Source: Pseudomonadota bacterium (GTDB taxonomy: Bacteria; Pseudomonadota; Alphaproteobacteria; RF32; CAG-239). Taken from it: 64,000 nucleotides of DNA. This document shows positions 54,401 to 59,247 of this stretch, one piece after another. Where the stretch lies: NCBI GenBank assembly GCA_918234285.1, contig CAKJXZ020000010.1, positions 49,196-113,195 on the forward strand, written 5' to 3'. The position numbers were made by a program, and so were the translations under genes. Each line of letters opens with the position of its first letter. Position 1 is the first letter of the stretch. Below the pieces are notes generated by a model. The model had not been told where the DNA came from. It did not search any database and saw only the letters and a list, made by a program, of their open reading frames with translations.

Positions 54401-55047
54401 GTAATATTTTTACCGTAAAGTTCGACATTATCTTTGGCCATAATTTTGCCGTTAACGGTAATATTGCCTTCTGAGCTTGACAAGAGTTCGTCATATTTTT
54501 CGGCACCGTGTATATAATCGCTCAAATCATCATCATTAAAAGCTTCTTTTAAGTCGTTATACTTGTCGCTGTTCGGAGCAGCCATCGTCAGTGCGCCGAC
54601 ATTCAATACACCGCTCGCCCCGACCACAATGCCGGAAGGCGAAACAAAAATCGCGTGTCCGCCATAAAATGCATCTCCTTTGACGGTGTTGACAATGCCG
54701 TTGATATTTACCTGGTTGTCAACCATATTGACGAACTTGTCGTATTCTTGTGTGCCTTTTTGAAATTGCAGATTTGCCACATCACCGTCATCAAGCGTAA
54801 AATCCGTGTACTGTCTGAAACCCGTATCTCCGGAAATTTTAGCCGCCTCAATGTTATAAACCCCGTTGGCGCCGGCAACACCGGTAATGTTTGTGGCAAA
54901 CACCGGAGTAATATTCAAAAACATCATGCTGTAAGCGGTTATAAACGATACAACCTTGCGAAACAACGACGGTTTTTTAAACTCTATTTCTTGAGATTTT
55001 TTAATTCGAAATTTCTTTTTGTTTCCGGTAGCTCTCGACATAGACAC
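36457..55047 (-). CDS. Giant LktA/filamentous-haemagglutinin-like exoprotein with a C-terminal PilZ-like domain
   Basis: Long signal peptide ending PVFA; TPS-like domain (VNMVDNQVNINGIVN...IFVSPSGIVVGASGVLNVG); extended beta-helix repeats; C-terminal IIEISRYDA...LKCVVTK...TVKF. Start GTG 55047 or ATG 55041. Confidence 0.85.
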   Translation of the reverse strand: MSMSRATGNKKKFRIKKSQEIEFKKPSLFRKVVSFITAYSMMFLNITPVFATNITGVAGANGVYNIEAAKISGDTGFRQYTDFTLDDGDVANLQFQKGTQEYDKFVNMVDNQVNINGIVNTVKGDAFYGGHAIFVSPSGIVVGASGVLNVGALTMAAPNSDKYNDLKEAFNDDDLSDYIHGAEKYDELLSSSEGNITVNGKIMAKDNVELYGKNITIEGKNGNRAGIVAGVKNQNKITTPQQAQEIFDALVSNNIKNADTFDLEGGKIKIKASGNKTVDSVKSAKADIKKADLGANEVNIRAEAESDDKIDMVKTEINIENTDITADKIDIKAESKRNHTVVLGNNDYIDGVNSTAIELLTNLIGGSDSHFPFGATGASEAKVTVKDSVLQSLKQDIILKADASFSTKDNLNLMYPALLMMLIDLFGDDASDPEVERADASFTQFFSGNIYEGFDGPRTRAEVTVDNTDITALKGNIEISAEASSELNLSTGIEGLIIPVAIYGFGTSTVARAIVKNLSKLNIEEGDVNVDAFSNNTNNIRLLNSGITSLTIEDFFVLTIINNTVKTTTEAKVEDSTVTTSDLEVRAVNTTDSDIDIDIETTAGEADQDPEQNPDNPVQGNSAVSGIGILHRSHNDISAVIKNSTVTSENTSVLAQSLNATSNSGSADVDDREVEKPAPFWNNSITQWERQVQGKLKAAQRKYINKSLFNRIKGGGNFVGQQGATLEAGGVFVWSKTDNNATAKIEDSTITTAKDVSVQANTIDIMDNAATSDTAGEEKVSLSITAVINDEKNTTNAQVDGSTVKAKNLTVNATTELPVNDGELIFGLKFPFKIKGVDGLYFGGTFGHGADGKWDVDFKYPKIDGDKPLFEMGELTNKTAYANYEDIKPKLRWDGFFTNFAQTNGIGSKVAIDGSFIYNEVVNNTTANITGNSAIVLNAVEKNGEYEGGNLIVNAVNSVIGWNALGMIDFLIKQVNYRIPGQINWEYEPQDEAGTFGLGVNFLWDIYTNNAIAKIENSTVDTQNGSVSVNAATEQEYVTAEVTGGKSEFIGIDGSANVQKIYGDTIAQIVGSENIKAAEVEVNAGKGTIRTAADGAETDEETGTAKLNDERAVKDAMTIINFLPTWSGQSAEQDQGQQTVSAGVAVGSGVNVSNIERNINAEINNSTVITAKDIDIKADTYSQTLNVIAAAAWSGGVTPAQPGGQGGGQQGGDDNQPAVQNDIGNVQQNLDNAQDDEDGDLFGNLFDGEEEFMQAPVGNALTALRNKFSLSVAGAVLILNDKTNVTAAVNNSDITVGEDLNVSADRETRMITISGGISKSGKIGAGAAVNVYMSDGSVKADVKDSTITFNSPANAQENPQLNVKANNTNKIINIAIGVGLAPNADVSDESLKMAIGGSYSKNTLKPEIEAFIENSTIKTKENGKKIDTEVKAENHVVIYNIAGGGAYLNGGSTSLGAGAAVNYNNIEHTILAYIHNSTLKNLNKLSVVADTDNDLTGFAVAGSLAFGFNTTGIAFDGSGDVDYIHDTLAAKILGSTIEADDDVIVNAASKSDNLAVAGSLDISLTSGGGGVNGGLVVNVYRNKITAQIDDSFKMVQNENGEMEAVLDRSSQILKAKDVMVSATSTEKSNVIPIGLAVGTGGQFLMAAANVGVNVIDNTIEAYISGKVGAGQGAEAVHDAVASAYDETTLYSRGGTVGVSLGESALAVFAGSVNVDKINKTVEAKIVNADIKATGGVSATASAVNSLGGTKNENNEYSRDDVTSEEYREKLLHKNETTGEYDGLKLKKKEDSDDDDNQYIALEQDSDFKNWNMFYDVAVSRYLAISGTGIGKVISNKITAEISNSKIESDKLDIIADDYSIKNIIAGTIGASGAGSVGLQVIYTRDESTTKALVTKGSELNVANAIKIDASNRKDNHQILVVGSGAKYFTVDGNFIINKVIDEVYANIDNASTTKEIKAETISLSADENISASNIAVTGSGSKSFSLNVSPFINTYGSTTEATIKNALIKNAGIDMDAESKINTLNVSAGFSGAYQGFSGVGIAIKNDFTNKVRAYIDNAKINTTRNVFIDANSIIDATNWLVGVALVYQGLDIPVNVLLNNVTSEVEAGIKNSDIEKSGAITINANKDKKDKITNRAIAAGGVFQGATLGANVIKNVYKNTVTSYVDNTSSAIIDALSVNAYSDRKTENINVGVGFAGEGASLLANAVDNEIGSTTRAYVDVKSKTLNITNALSLDTKDQMVADNAMAMVNAGLYGAGVGANIDLYYTDNLVKSEIATETTGQINAGSTLLKSEITDALRTQPFDLTFGLGALPVDVQIVKIGKQTVTYSAVEQPFVDKAGKLVPDILYTPITDSGNLVTGAVSGVKGNLKTSGNTQINAETKLKGIDGDGNLIDKLKINNTNVTVAGVEVNVGVRRLDIAANTVAEIIGGKVESTQGDIELKAESKSDVEIDSSAVDVGLAQVSGRSVKYNNSSETVSRVKNATVNAKDIDIISKSDNKTLIDASSVIVALGGVVTVDLVEATDTNKSVALITGNTNINATGKLSLHSTATSDMSAIKSSVPVQIVDVVSVSRNRADVSSISRAIIENVNGTISTNGLDIITDYDKMLAYSQSNIVAVKPIDIASYNDSGAYMNATFKSGIDSTELTLINSGDTNIVTARDNQSDGDGMVAKGNISNVHVSLANFYTGAFSKAENTATSSTILNVKEHTSQNLNIDQYLHSTATADAGNDRITLVGFASAAAADAKDTSTLNLNISGTNTVLQNAVINATHNSKIKSDLSAFNLGVIVSGGRIRIDSELTSDTNANIGGKFNVGSASVNINTHRDSTMSKGSGSGGFINVSDTEAHNTLRGDSILNLKNLTSDAAKTDSWDISNKSENIFDVETTDGSGGFINVSLSDLFLNFETSTDIKVENSNINAKGKVKIGVDNKEILRESAWNNGGGFISVINNYTLNEYTAGAQLLIKDSQIKAKDIDLKASSDMRTHDNDFIKYSGAGGGAVAVSYFTLINKLTQTSEIKLQNSVLNAARNAEIQAVTSSLFKQKIDGDLRGLVSAPRFENTLEVTNTNKLELDNKSKITAGEKLDISFNSNNDLAVRTFSDARNFEGVPSALSYLYLTINNVVENSGSLQAGNLVDIDYMNKSVNNLDQYAHTENDAFIASTTEGGILSRKVNNTLNVNSGADITSGQDIDIGYSVGIMKPTSEVSWVTKSLWFITDSGSSTVDKPSNNYSLKNDGEIVAGQGNSRYMRINRDGTVDMSTLKGFYDGDYILYDGQLIDGQEAKDNNLAAITADIRSIDEALTELNGTISDLEATINYFDAQKTPLLTKLSEINELQADGYILTEAKTDADGNSDFNTIIQNDLYDLLIDETDANKVTQEQYNQFINAYGSKLEEINAYNYGYTEKLEIPTIAEFIDANDYGLSDAQKANIALNYGTADALLVGENENQISLEQYNQITVAYKEKINDINIHNYGHSEKKETPTFWEFLEGYDFTEAQITTIKDGYSTINSRLQSTTVGKFTTYENSSGKYVSVTDLDVTGDEPTFKELTQIKSELSLLNNQIGAYTARKNSNVAAQTALNTKKNSLQAEYDNLLATDALKYERVDNLYLIVFNDIDYKNARINIDGAYNGNISGHGEFRVASGGVKIDNYSPRSVIFGEINVDSATGNGLFIGGKNHAEFADKEQAVSGKDAYEYINNISGHKAFNELPTDGAHYVSGDDGTVGVTVNNYYDVLHPFADTFDIPNPTMEANVFFVDDINTSILNVWSESGNILVLSDNLDIGTLNAYSTNGLIGIVMGSGSEFALNSGSNMFASDGVFINADSVNIAGNIKTGYTERSITITDEMLNNLITDPTSGEVNMINLGGTVSPYLNDVNNIKAIYKDGAIYLYNLPETVTNNGVRISKIISENSTGTITGNITTADGYQNITIVNETDKPLNVENITNAYFEGVVETNGIDTESATITKNSKNHAETNITSAGKLILDGIIRNNVRRSLVDDSYLVQTANGKLNVEANNGLDIAQILQIGNIVDTIFAGGLIDITINGGKADIAGNITDKGNIAIYSYGDDDIDINGDITDTIGNINIQNDGTGKLTLNGKILARKGDISVLGTGTGVTVITDEITDNQGDITIVSKGLTASEDATVRAKNGDISITNNADTLALYGSINADSGNLSLQNNGDTAIIAGYITDEQGDLTIINNKGNMTISAEIYHNYVNSEAEGMITVVNNPGGELLNIQSAIQTWGKGKTEDDKTTAILLDNRSGNTGMTIDKAVTARIGDIIIRNTAKDLTISGAISNTEQGNIEIYNTGKDLQTTSNITNTKGDTTIANTGTGKTLVDGSILNKDGNTAISGSGTMLELSGTVNNTGGNTSLTNTAGQLQITGNITNKGGDITANNTGSLTEITSVIKNEDGSIHLSNSGGDFNIDDNAQISNNTANAEDSITIANSGDNLNISGIVESTNKGNIVITNAGSVANLKNRIFAQEGDINISNSNAGALKLMGDVVDYKGNVSITNTGTNGAEIGGIITDEKGDITITNNGGDILTYTGSIINYDGAVVINNKENAKQAQIGGTITNKKGNTTLSNAGLNMTFSGSIDNQDGSVNILGTNSGNNAFVKVGGNVSNQGGDVVINNLGSYTEVSAEITNKNGAIAISNAKGNLVITENAAIENDTANAAQGITLGNADTANILRMNGAIDSLNKGNISIVNNGSGNTIITGDITAHNGNIGITNNTAGNLNIEDATVVTETAGNINIYGSGGKLSVIDAWLETDTEGDITITNEGSDATSVSGDVITDKGDILISNKAEKLEISADISANQGDIDIENHGADLEIAEDASIATETEGGISVINEGNGNLSIDGDITAETVGDILINNSGKKLSVSSDITAKEGKIDIINEGTDAALIEGDITATTGDITVVNNTKTLDISGDISTAKGDVDITNNSTDSGTTISGDVSTDNGEVSIENNGGKLTVSGDITDTEGNIEIANHGADGSDISQKVSAEEGNITVNNTAGTLSLTATGDITADKGNIAVENAGDKLAVFGQISNNNGKVDITNNGDNGAEFASSAKVTNNQANTVITNNKGDLIIADGAEIKNIESGNIRIENKDDVFSVAGKIAHSGTGDIGLNNSGAESFELTSTGEVAADKGNISIINTAAKGAKIAGTIIDKDGNTAIDNKNSLTYAATLKNSGGDTIIANTGDAAMSGSVSNTGGNTSIANSGGALSLASTVNNVGGNLSITNSGNGTTVSGDLDNTGGDVVIENIGKDLVLTADSTVDNNDTGNISITNSGDGKLALNGAINNNVSGNTIITNTGANGAEIAGKITNTQGNLTVQNQKSDLVFTQGSALQNRTSGDIKIENTAEAATLTVAGVLDNSGNGNIVTENRGAGEFTITPSGNIYAANGDINLTNINNGGMQIAGQVVANNGKTTVDNTSKDGMKVATTGQIIGKTGDIAINNSGANGIKIEGKVLAQKQNIIINNRDSDLIIGELDSANDNYVEATAGDIVIKQANGDILNGIIDTSGNKHQNADLGNPQQSYKTLISAAGDLVMKVSDGDIGHTDNTSPGFSIDASTRDWTDSVNINVGGDVMAIAANDNKSDARLINLRAKDSDMNVKNVMADGNVLLTAADWKQADVSPTPDDEEYFKGYSVINTADGDEAAVSGRNISVIASNNIGSKDKNFKYMQDTAADPDSSVSFEAEYDLKITGTANSDSETKIYQIISKHGTLDLNLESDAAIGYITSGDGLEITQKAQNLTIGEIGLSSSEYIPQDDFEDILYPHDGLIYGDDSPSGGNVVPKYVMISVLDAIDTAERSDSNLKIYSLTVRGNNGDNADYYPDGGRLADVTLMADNIYVNSDKAPDSNVSTKANPDGYKQTQTSYNDEIFGGKGEIHNAKGINAYGEGTPLSLDIIGVDKDIVENIVTNPQRNEYKEQTSLKDIPSKFKNVEDSIYDYDFRVKNAVISVNDYVDSERGVEFDTLYADNAYVNTMDTNLTIHDGYVNNYAELRNGNRDADSSRYLVVIDNDYRRLVPSNVQLYTTKTGSFGLSINDKVRMHTPSPVTHYDWDKLVNTFDDENSFVRLGMKETEIRQQAKQYYQYGNIYVMPENIEARYEVQKEGALAANVEIIEISRYDAVIVNQYSWQLGEEHELELRFDDVNAKLKCVVTKIENNLATVKFKDMPAGIANRLAHRYMKTAGK

Positions 55048-55283
55048 AATCCCTGGCAGCGTTAAATTATATCTGTTTTTACTTCATCTCAAAATTCGTT
55101 TATTATTGAGGTTTAATAAATTATCATTAATTCTATATTATTTCTGACAGTTTTTCAAGAAATTTTAGTGTTTTTCGCATTTTTTTAATTGGTAAACAGC
55201 GGCAAAAATAAAAAATTCTCAAAATTTTTCTTATGGTTAAAGTTGAAATGTAAATTTCTAATTTTAGCTAAAGGAGAAAGAAT

Positions 55284-55964
55284 ATGACAGAATTTACAAG
55301 AGAACTTATGTATGGCAAGCGTCCGATACGCCGTACTAATCCCAAACCCGGACAAAGCGAATGGTATTATCTTGACCCGCGCGGAACAGATAGATTTGCT
55401 GATATGAAGGAAATCGATGTACCGAGCGAAAATTCGCCAAATCCGTACGCCAATGAAATACAAAACTATCTGTATAACAATGACGAGTATAATTATAAAC
55501 AACTTTATGGTAATACTCCACCGCCACCGGTGCAAACACAGAATAATGCTCAGCAACTACAAATGCCTGCAGGAACGCAACAACAAATAACCATGCCGAG
55601 TAATAATTTACAAAAATACAATAACAATTTTGCAAATTTTGTAAGCAATACTTATGATAACGTAAATAATGCTTATAATAGTGTTAAGCAAGATTACTTT
55701 GGACAACGTAATTATCAGAATAGGTATAAACAAGGTTGTACGCCTTCTAATATTGCATATAATACAATATCCAATTATCAGATTTCGCCTAATCCTAAGT
55801 TAGTAGAAAACGGTAATATAGTTTCAAATTACGGTATGAAGAAATTTTTATCAAAAATTCCAATTGCCGGAAAATATATTAATGGTATTGCAACTGGTGA
55901 AAAAATAGGAAATGGACTTACTAATTTTTACAACGCTTTGGATGAGGCAGATTGTTTCAAATAA
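55284..55964 (+). CDS. Hypothetical protein, candidate polymorphic toxin
   Basis: RBS AAGGAG; short N-terminal leader, Q/N-rich linker, amphipathic Gly-rich C-terminus (KKFLSKIPIAGKYINGIATGEKIGNGL). Confidence 0.6.
   Translation: MTEFTRELMYGKRPIRRTNPKPGQSEWYYLDPRGTDRFADMKEIDVPSENSPNPYANEIQNYLYNNDEYNYKQLYGNTPPPPVQTQNNAQQLQMPAGTQQQITMPSNNLQKYNNNFANFVSNTYDNVNNAYNSVKQDYFGQRNYQNRYKQGCTPSNIAYNTISNYQISPNPKLVENGNIVSNYGMKKFLSKIPIAGKYINGIATGEKIGNGLTNFYNALDEADCFK
55348..55368 (+). repeat. 21-bp direct repeat, copy A (codes GQSEWY)
   Basis: CCGGACAAAGCGAATGGTATT; 20/21 identical to 56460-56480. Confidence 0.85.
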
Positions 55965-56020
55965 ATCTTGATTTTCACCAACAATCAACATATAGTAAAT
56001 CTAAATAAAGAGGATAACAA

Positions 56021-56419
56021 ATGAATGAAAAAACAAAAAAAATATGCGTATTAGGCGGACTTTATTTTGTGATAGGCTATATCATTGATTTGGTTAGCGG
56101 CACTGCAAGCAATCTATCAATGATTTTTGATATTATTTTTGCTATCCTCTTTTTTATGGTTTTATTTGGCAAGAAAGTTGGCTTTTTGCAAGAATTCACG
56201 AATAAGTTTCCTAAGTTCTCAGTATATTTATATTGTATCGGACTTATAGGATATGTTTTATTTGTTTTTAATTTGTTGGTTTTAGGACCGACTGAATTTA
56301 TTTCTTTGAGTGAGAATGCTCAAATATATATTTCGACAGGTGTGGCCGCTATAAACATTGTCGGAATTTTGTTGGCATTGATTTTAGCAACTCGTAAAGT
56401 ATTTTTATTAAAAAAGTAA
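56021..56419 (+). CDS. Four-TM membrane protein, candidate immunity protein
   Basis: 132 aa, four hydrophobic segments, own promoter TTGATT(55968)-17-TATAGT, RBS GAGGA. Confidence 0.65.
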   Translation: MNEKTKKICVLGGLYFVIGYIIDLVSGTASNLSMIFDIIFAILFFMVLFGKKVGFLQEFTNKFPKFSVYLYCIGLIGYVLFVFNLLVLGPTEFISLSENAQIYISTGVAAINIVGILLALILATRKVFLLKK

Positions 56420-56459
56420 TTCAGCCAACCGAATACATTTATTTAAATTTACTTATAAT

Positions 56460-56480
56460 CCGGACAAAGCGAGTGGTATT
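56460..56480 (+). repeat. 21-bp direct repeat, copy B (intergenic)
   Basis: CCGGACAAAGCGAGTGGTATT; the one mismatch is synonymous (GAA/GAG) in the GQSEWY frame. Confidence 0.85.
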
Positions 56481-56524
56481 TGTTTTCAAAATGGCGCTTA
56501 AAACAATATCATTCACTTATTTTT

Positions 56525-56929
56525 TTATCTTTCGTAACTTCCGATAAAGTTTCCTTGCATGCCGCAATATATACGCGATAAAGAGTTTGCTTCTACATCT
56601 ATAGCGTTTTTATCAGCATCGAACGTGAAGGTTACAACAACATCCTCATATTTACCTTCAGGTGTTTCAATTCTGTTTTTATATTCACCCTTATTAGCTT
56701 TTATTTCCAATTTCCCTTCCAGACTGCAAAGATGAGCCCCATTTGCGGTTGAGATACTGAAATCACACTGATTATCTATACAATTATTTATCTCCAAGGC
56801 TCCGGATATACCTGTCGCATACCTTTGATATTCCCATACTCCGTTCCAATCCGAACTAATCTGCTCACTTGATAAAGCCGGCATACTAAATACGCTGAAT
56901 AGTCCTAATATAAAAGCAATTTTTTTCAT
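56525..56929 (-). CDS. Small secreted beta-rich protein with four Cys
   Basis: Signal peptide MKKIAFILGLFSVFSMPALS, RBS GAGGAG; WNGVW...NGAHLCSLEG...YCGMQGNFIGSY. Confidence 0.75.
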   Translation of the reverse strand: MKKIAFILGLFSVFSMPALSSEQISSDWNGVWEYQRYATGISGALEINNCIDNQCDFSISTANGAHLCSLEGKLEIKANKGEYKNRIETPEGKYEDVVVTFTFDADKNAIDVEANSLSRIYCGMQGNFIGSYER

Positions 56930-57157
56930 TTTACGCTCTCCTCTAAGATAACAATTATGATAAAATATATAATACAAAAATCAAGTTAAATGGATATTAG
57001 TACAGTATCTTTTCTATCGCCGACATAGGTCACAACAATTTCAGTATTTTCCTAAAATCCTTTAATACAATCTTTTCCATTTTAGAAAATTCCGAAAATT
57101 CGGGAAAACCTAAAATGAGAGAATATGATAAAGTGCTAACCGCAAAAGAACGTTAGA

Positions 57158-58681
57158 TTAGTACTTAATCATAATCTTTTCACATACACCCGGGTTGGTT
57201 TGCCCTCGCGGGTGGTCCTTAAAACAAATACCATCTTTCCACTTGCCACCGCATTGTTGACAGGCATCATAATCTAAAACACGGATATCCTTCGGGCATT
57301 TGTAACAATTTTCTTCGGATAAATAGCGTTTTCCTTTACAAATACCTCCACATTTCCATTCATTATATTGCAGATTTATGTTTTCATAAGAGTCGCAACT
57401 CCAACAATGCCCGACCGTATCCATAAGCGGTGTATCTTGCGGACACTTTAAAACACTCGGAGGTTCTCCTCCGACAGTATTTATTATTTCTCGGTTACTG
57501 CAAACGGCGTTACACTCTTTTTGTTTTTCAAAATTACAAGATGAATCAACACGAATCTCTCCTTTGGTATCGCATGAATAACACAAATTATTCCAAGATT
57601 TCAGCGGCTTATCCGGTGGACATATTTTGTTATCATCTTCATAAGGTTCGTGTTCATATCTTTCCCATGCGGGTTTCAATGGTTTTTGTCCTTTTAATAA
57701 ACAATTTCCATCTTGATCAAGGTAACGATTTGGGCAAACTTCGCAATTTTGAATGTCGGCGTCTAAAACATATTCCCATTCCGTATCGCAAGAATAACAA
57801 CTTCCTTTTTTATCGCGTAAAGGTGCGTTTTGCGGACATTCCTTTAAGGCACAATTTGCTATGCTCGGGTGGCTTCCGAGATGTTCAAGATTATAAGAGC
57901 GGTTAGGACAATATTCTTCGCAAATCCGCCAAGAGCCGACTTCAAAACTCAACAAATCATCACAAGTATAGCAATAAGTTGAAGATTTGAATGCGCACAT
58001 TTTTTGCTGTGATTTCGGCAAATCTTTTGCATTGTAGCATTTTTCCTGATACCATATCCCTTGACAGTTTGCGCATTCACTTTGCGATAAATACTCTTTA
58101 TTTTCGGGACACTTGTAGCTCCAATATATTTCTAAATATCGCTTATTGAGACAGAATTCGGCGTTAGTTTCTTGGTTAAAACTTAAATCAATCGGTGTTT
58201 CTTCATCACAACTCCAGCACATAAAAAATCTATCCATCAGCGGTCGGTCTTCCGGACATTTTAAAACGCTGTATTCGGCAGTTACACTCGTATGATGAAT
58301 CTTGCGATTTGGGCATTGTTTTAGATGTTCTTCTTTCGAATAATCCCACGAAAGGTTTACAGCTTCTGTTGTATCGCAAGAGTAGCATTTATCAAAAGCG
58401 CCCGAAAAAAATCCTTCTTTATCGCATTCTTTGCCATCTGTAGCGGTGTCTTTATAAATGGAAACGGCGGTATTTTCATCTAAATCGCAAGAAGAATATT
58501 TTCCTTTACGTTCGGAAATGCGGTTTGGACAATGTTTCAGGCAATTATCCGGCGTTCCGACTCTTAATGAATAGGGTGTTTCACAATCAAAACATTCGCC
58601 TTTAACATTAAATACGCAATCTTTAGCTTGAACAGCTTTTACCATAAATACCGTAAAGAATATCAATAAAAACTTTTTCAT
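57158..58681 (-). CDS. Secreted cysteine-rich repeat protein
   Basis: Signal peptide MKKFLLIFFTVFMVKAVQA; about seven C[YWF]xC[DE]...CPNR-type units; last 17 residues come from the GNAT-end repeat and adjacent sequence. Confidence 0.85.
   Translation of the reverse strand: MKKFLLIFFTVFMVKAVQAKDCVFNVKGECFDCETPYSLRVGTPDNCLKHCPNRISERKGKYSSCDLDENTAVSIYKDTATDGKECDKEGFFSGAFDKCYSCDTTEAVNLSWDYSKEEHLKQCPNRKIHHTSVTAEYSVLKCPEDRPLMDRFFMCWSCDEETPIDLSFNQETNAEFCLNKRYLEIYWSYKCPENKEYLSQSECANCQGIWYQEKCYNAKDLPKSQQKMCAFKSSTYCYTCDDLLSFEVGSWRICEEYCPNRSYNLEHLGSHPSIANCALKECPQNAPLRDKKGSCYSCDTEWEYVLDADIQNCEVCPNRYLDQDGNCLLKGQKPLKPAWERYEHEPYEDDNKICPPDKPLKSWNNLCYSCDTKGEIRVDSSCNFEKQKECNAVCSNREIINTVGGEPPSVLKCPQDTPLMDTVGHCWSCDSYENINLQYNEWKCGGICKGKRYLSEENCYKCPKDIRVLDYDACQQCGGKWKDGICFKDHPRGQTNPGVCEKIMIKY
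57169..57213 (-). pseudogene. Displaced 3' end of a GNAT gene (TREGKPTRVYVKRL*)
   Basis: ACC CGC GAG GGC AAA CCA ACC CGG GTG TAT GTG AAA AGA TTA TGA matches both GNAT C-termini; overlaps the Cys-rich CDS in another frame. Confidence 0.85.
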
Positions 58682-58784
58682 GATTTTTCCGTTATCGTTT
58701 AAACACACTTTTAGGCTACATTTTATCAAAATACTTGTCAATTATAAATTGTATAGTTGCCGGACTATATTCTACATAATTTTA

Positions 58785-59237
58785 TCAACTTATATTTCTC
58801 ACATACACCCGGGTTGGTTTGTCTTCGCGGGTAGGCATCGTCTGCCAAAAAGTAAAGCCGTATTTCTCGTAGAGGCCGACTTCGTCGGTGGAAATGTAAA
58901 CTTTTTCGGTGCCGGCAGATTTCAAGACCTCGCAAATGTGGGCGATTAGTTTTCCGGCGTTGCGGTGGCCGCGATAAGCCGGAAAGGTATATACAAACCC
59001 AATCCACGGCGTGAGTTCCGGGGCATCAATTTCGTCTTGCGGTGCCAAAGTGGCGAACGAAACCAGCTTATCGCCGTCAGTTAGCATATAAACTTCGGTG
59101 GCTTCTCCGCACATTTGCTTTAATTTGCTTTCTTCCAACCAGTCGTGCAACAATTCCGCCGCCGACCAATCGCCTTTGCCGATTTCCTCGCGCCAATGCG
59201 CCTGATTTTCCGATTGATAATACTTGATAACCTGCAT
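58785..59237 (-). CDS. GNAT acetyltransferase (copy 2)
   Basis: About 90% aa identity to 34803..35252 (15 differences by manual count). Confidence 0.92.
   Translation of the reverse strand: MQVIKYYQSENQAHWREEIGKGDWSAAELLHDWLEESKLKQMCGEATEVYMLTDGDKLVSFATLAPQDEIDAPELTPWIGFVYTFPAYRGHRNAGKLIAHICEVLKSAGTEKVYISTDEVGLYEKYGFTFWQTMPTREDKPTRVYVRNIS
58799..58832. repeat. GNAT 3'-end repeat inside GNAT copy 2
   Basis: TCACATACACCCGGGTTGGTTTGTCTTCGCGGGT; 32/34 identical to 57180-57213. Confidence 0.9.
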
Positions 59238-59247
59238 TTTGCCTCAT

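Noticed and set aside
36484-55065. Many plus-strand ORFs opposite the giant gene, and similar antisense ORFs over ribosomal genes, alaS and the autotransporter
   Set aside because: Antisense or alternate-frame shadows of long real CDSs, with no recognisable protein features.
56980-57157. Short ORF fragments and an imperfect inverted repeat (about 57078-57117)
   Set aside because: Too short and degenerate to assign; may be cassette debris but cannot be supported.
57180-58832. Diversity-generating retroelement TR/VR pair (repeat at the 3' end of a surface-protein gene, two A/G differences)
   Set aside because: No reverse transcriptase in the window, the repeat is only about 34 bp, the variant bases match GNAT copy 1 exactly, and the next mismatch is not at a template adenine.
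58765-59007. 80-aa ORF sharing QTNPGVCEK with the Cys-rich protein
   Set aside because: Alternate frame of GNAT copy 2. The shared peptide is a by-product of the DNA repeat.
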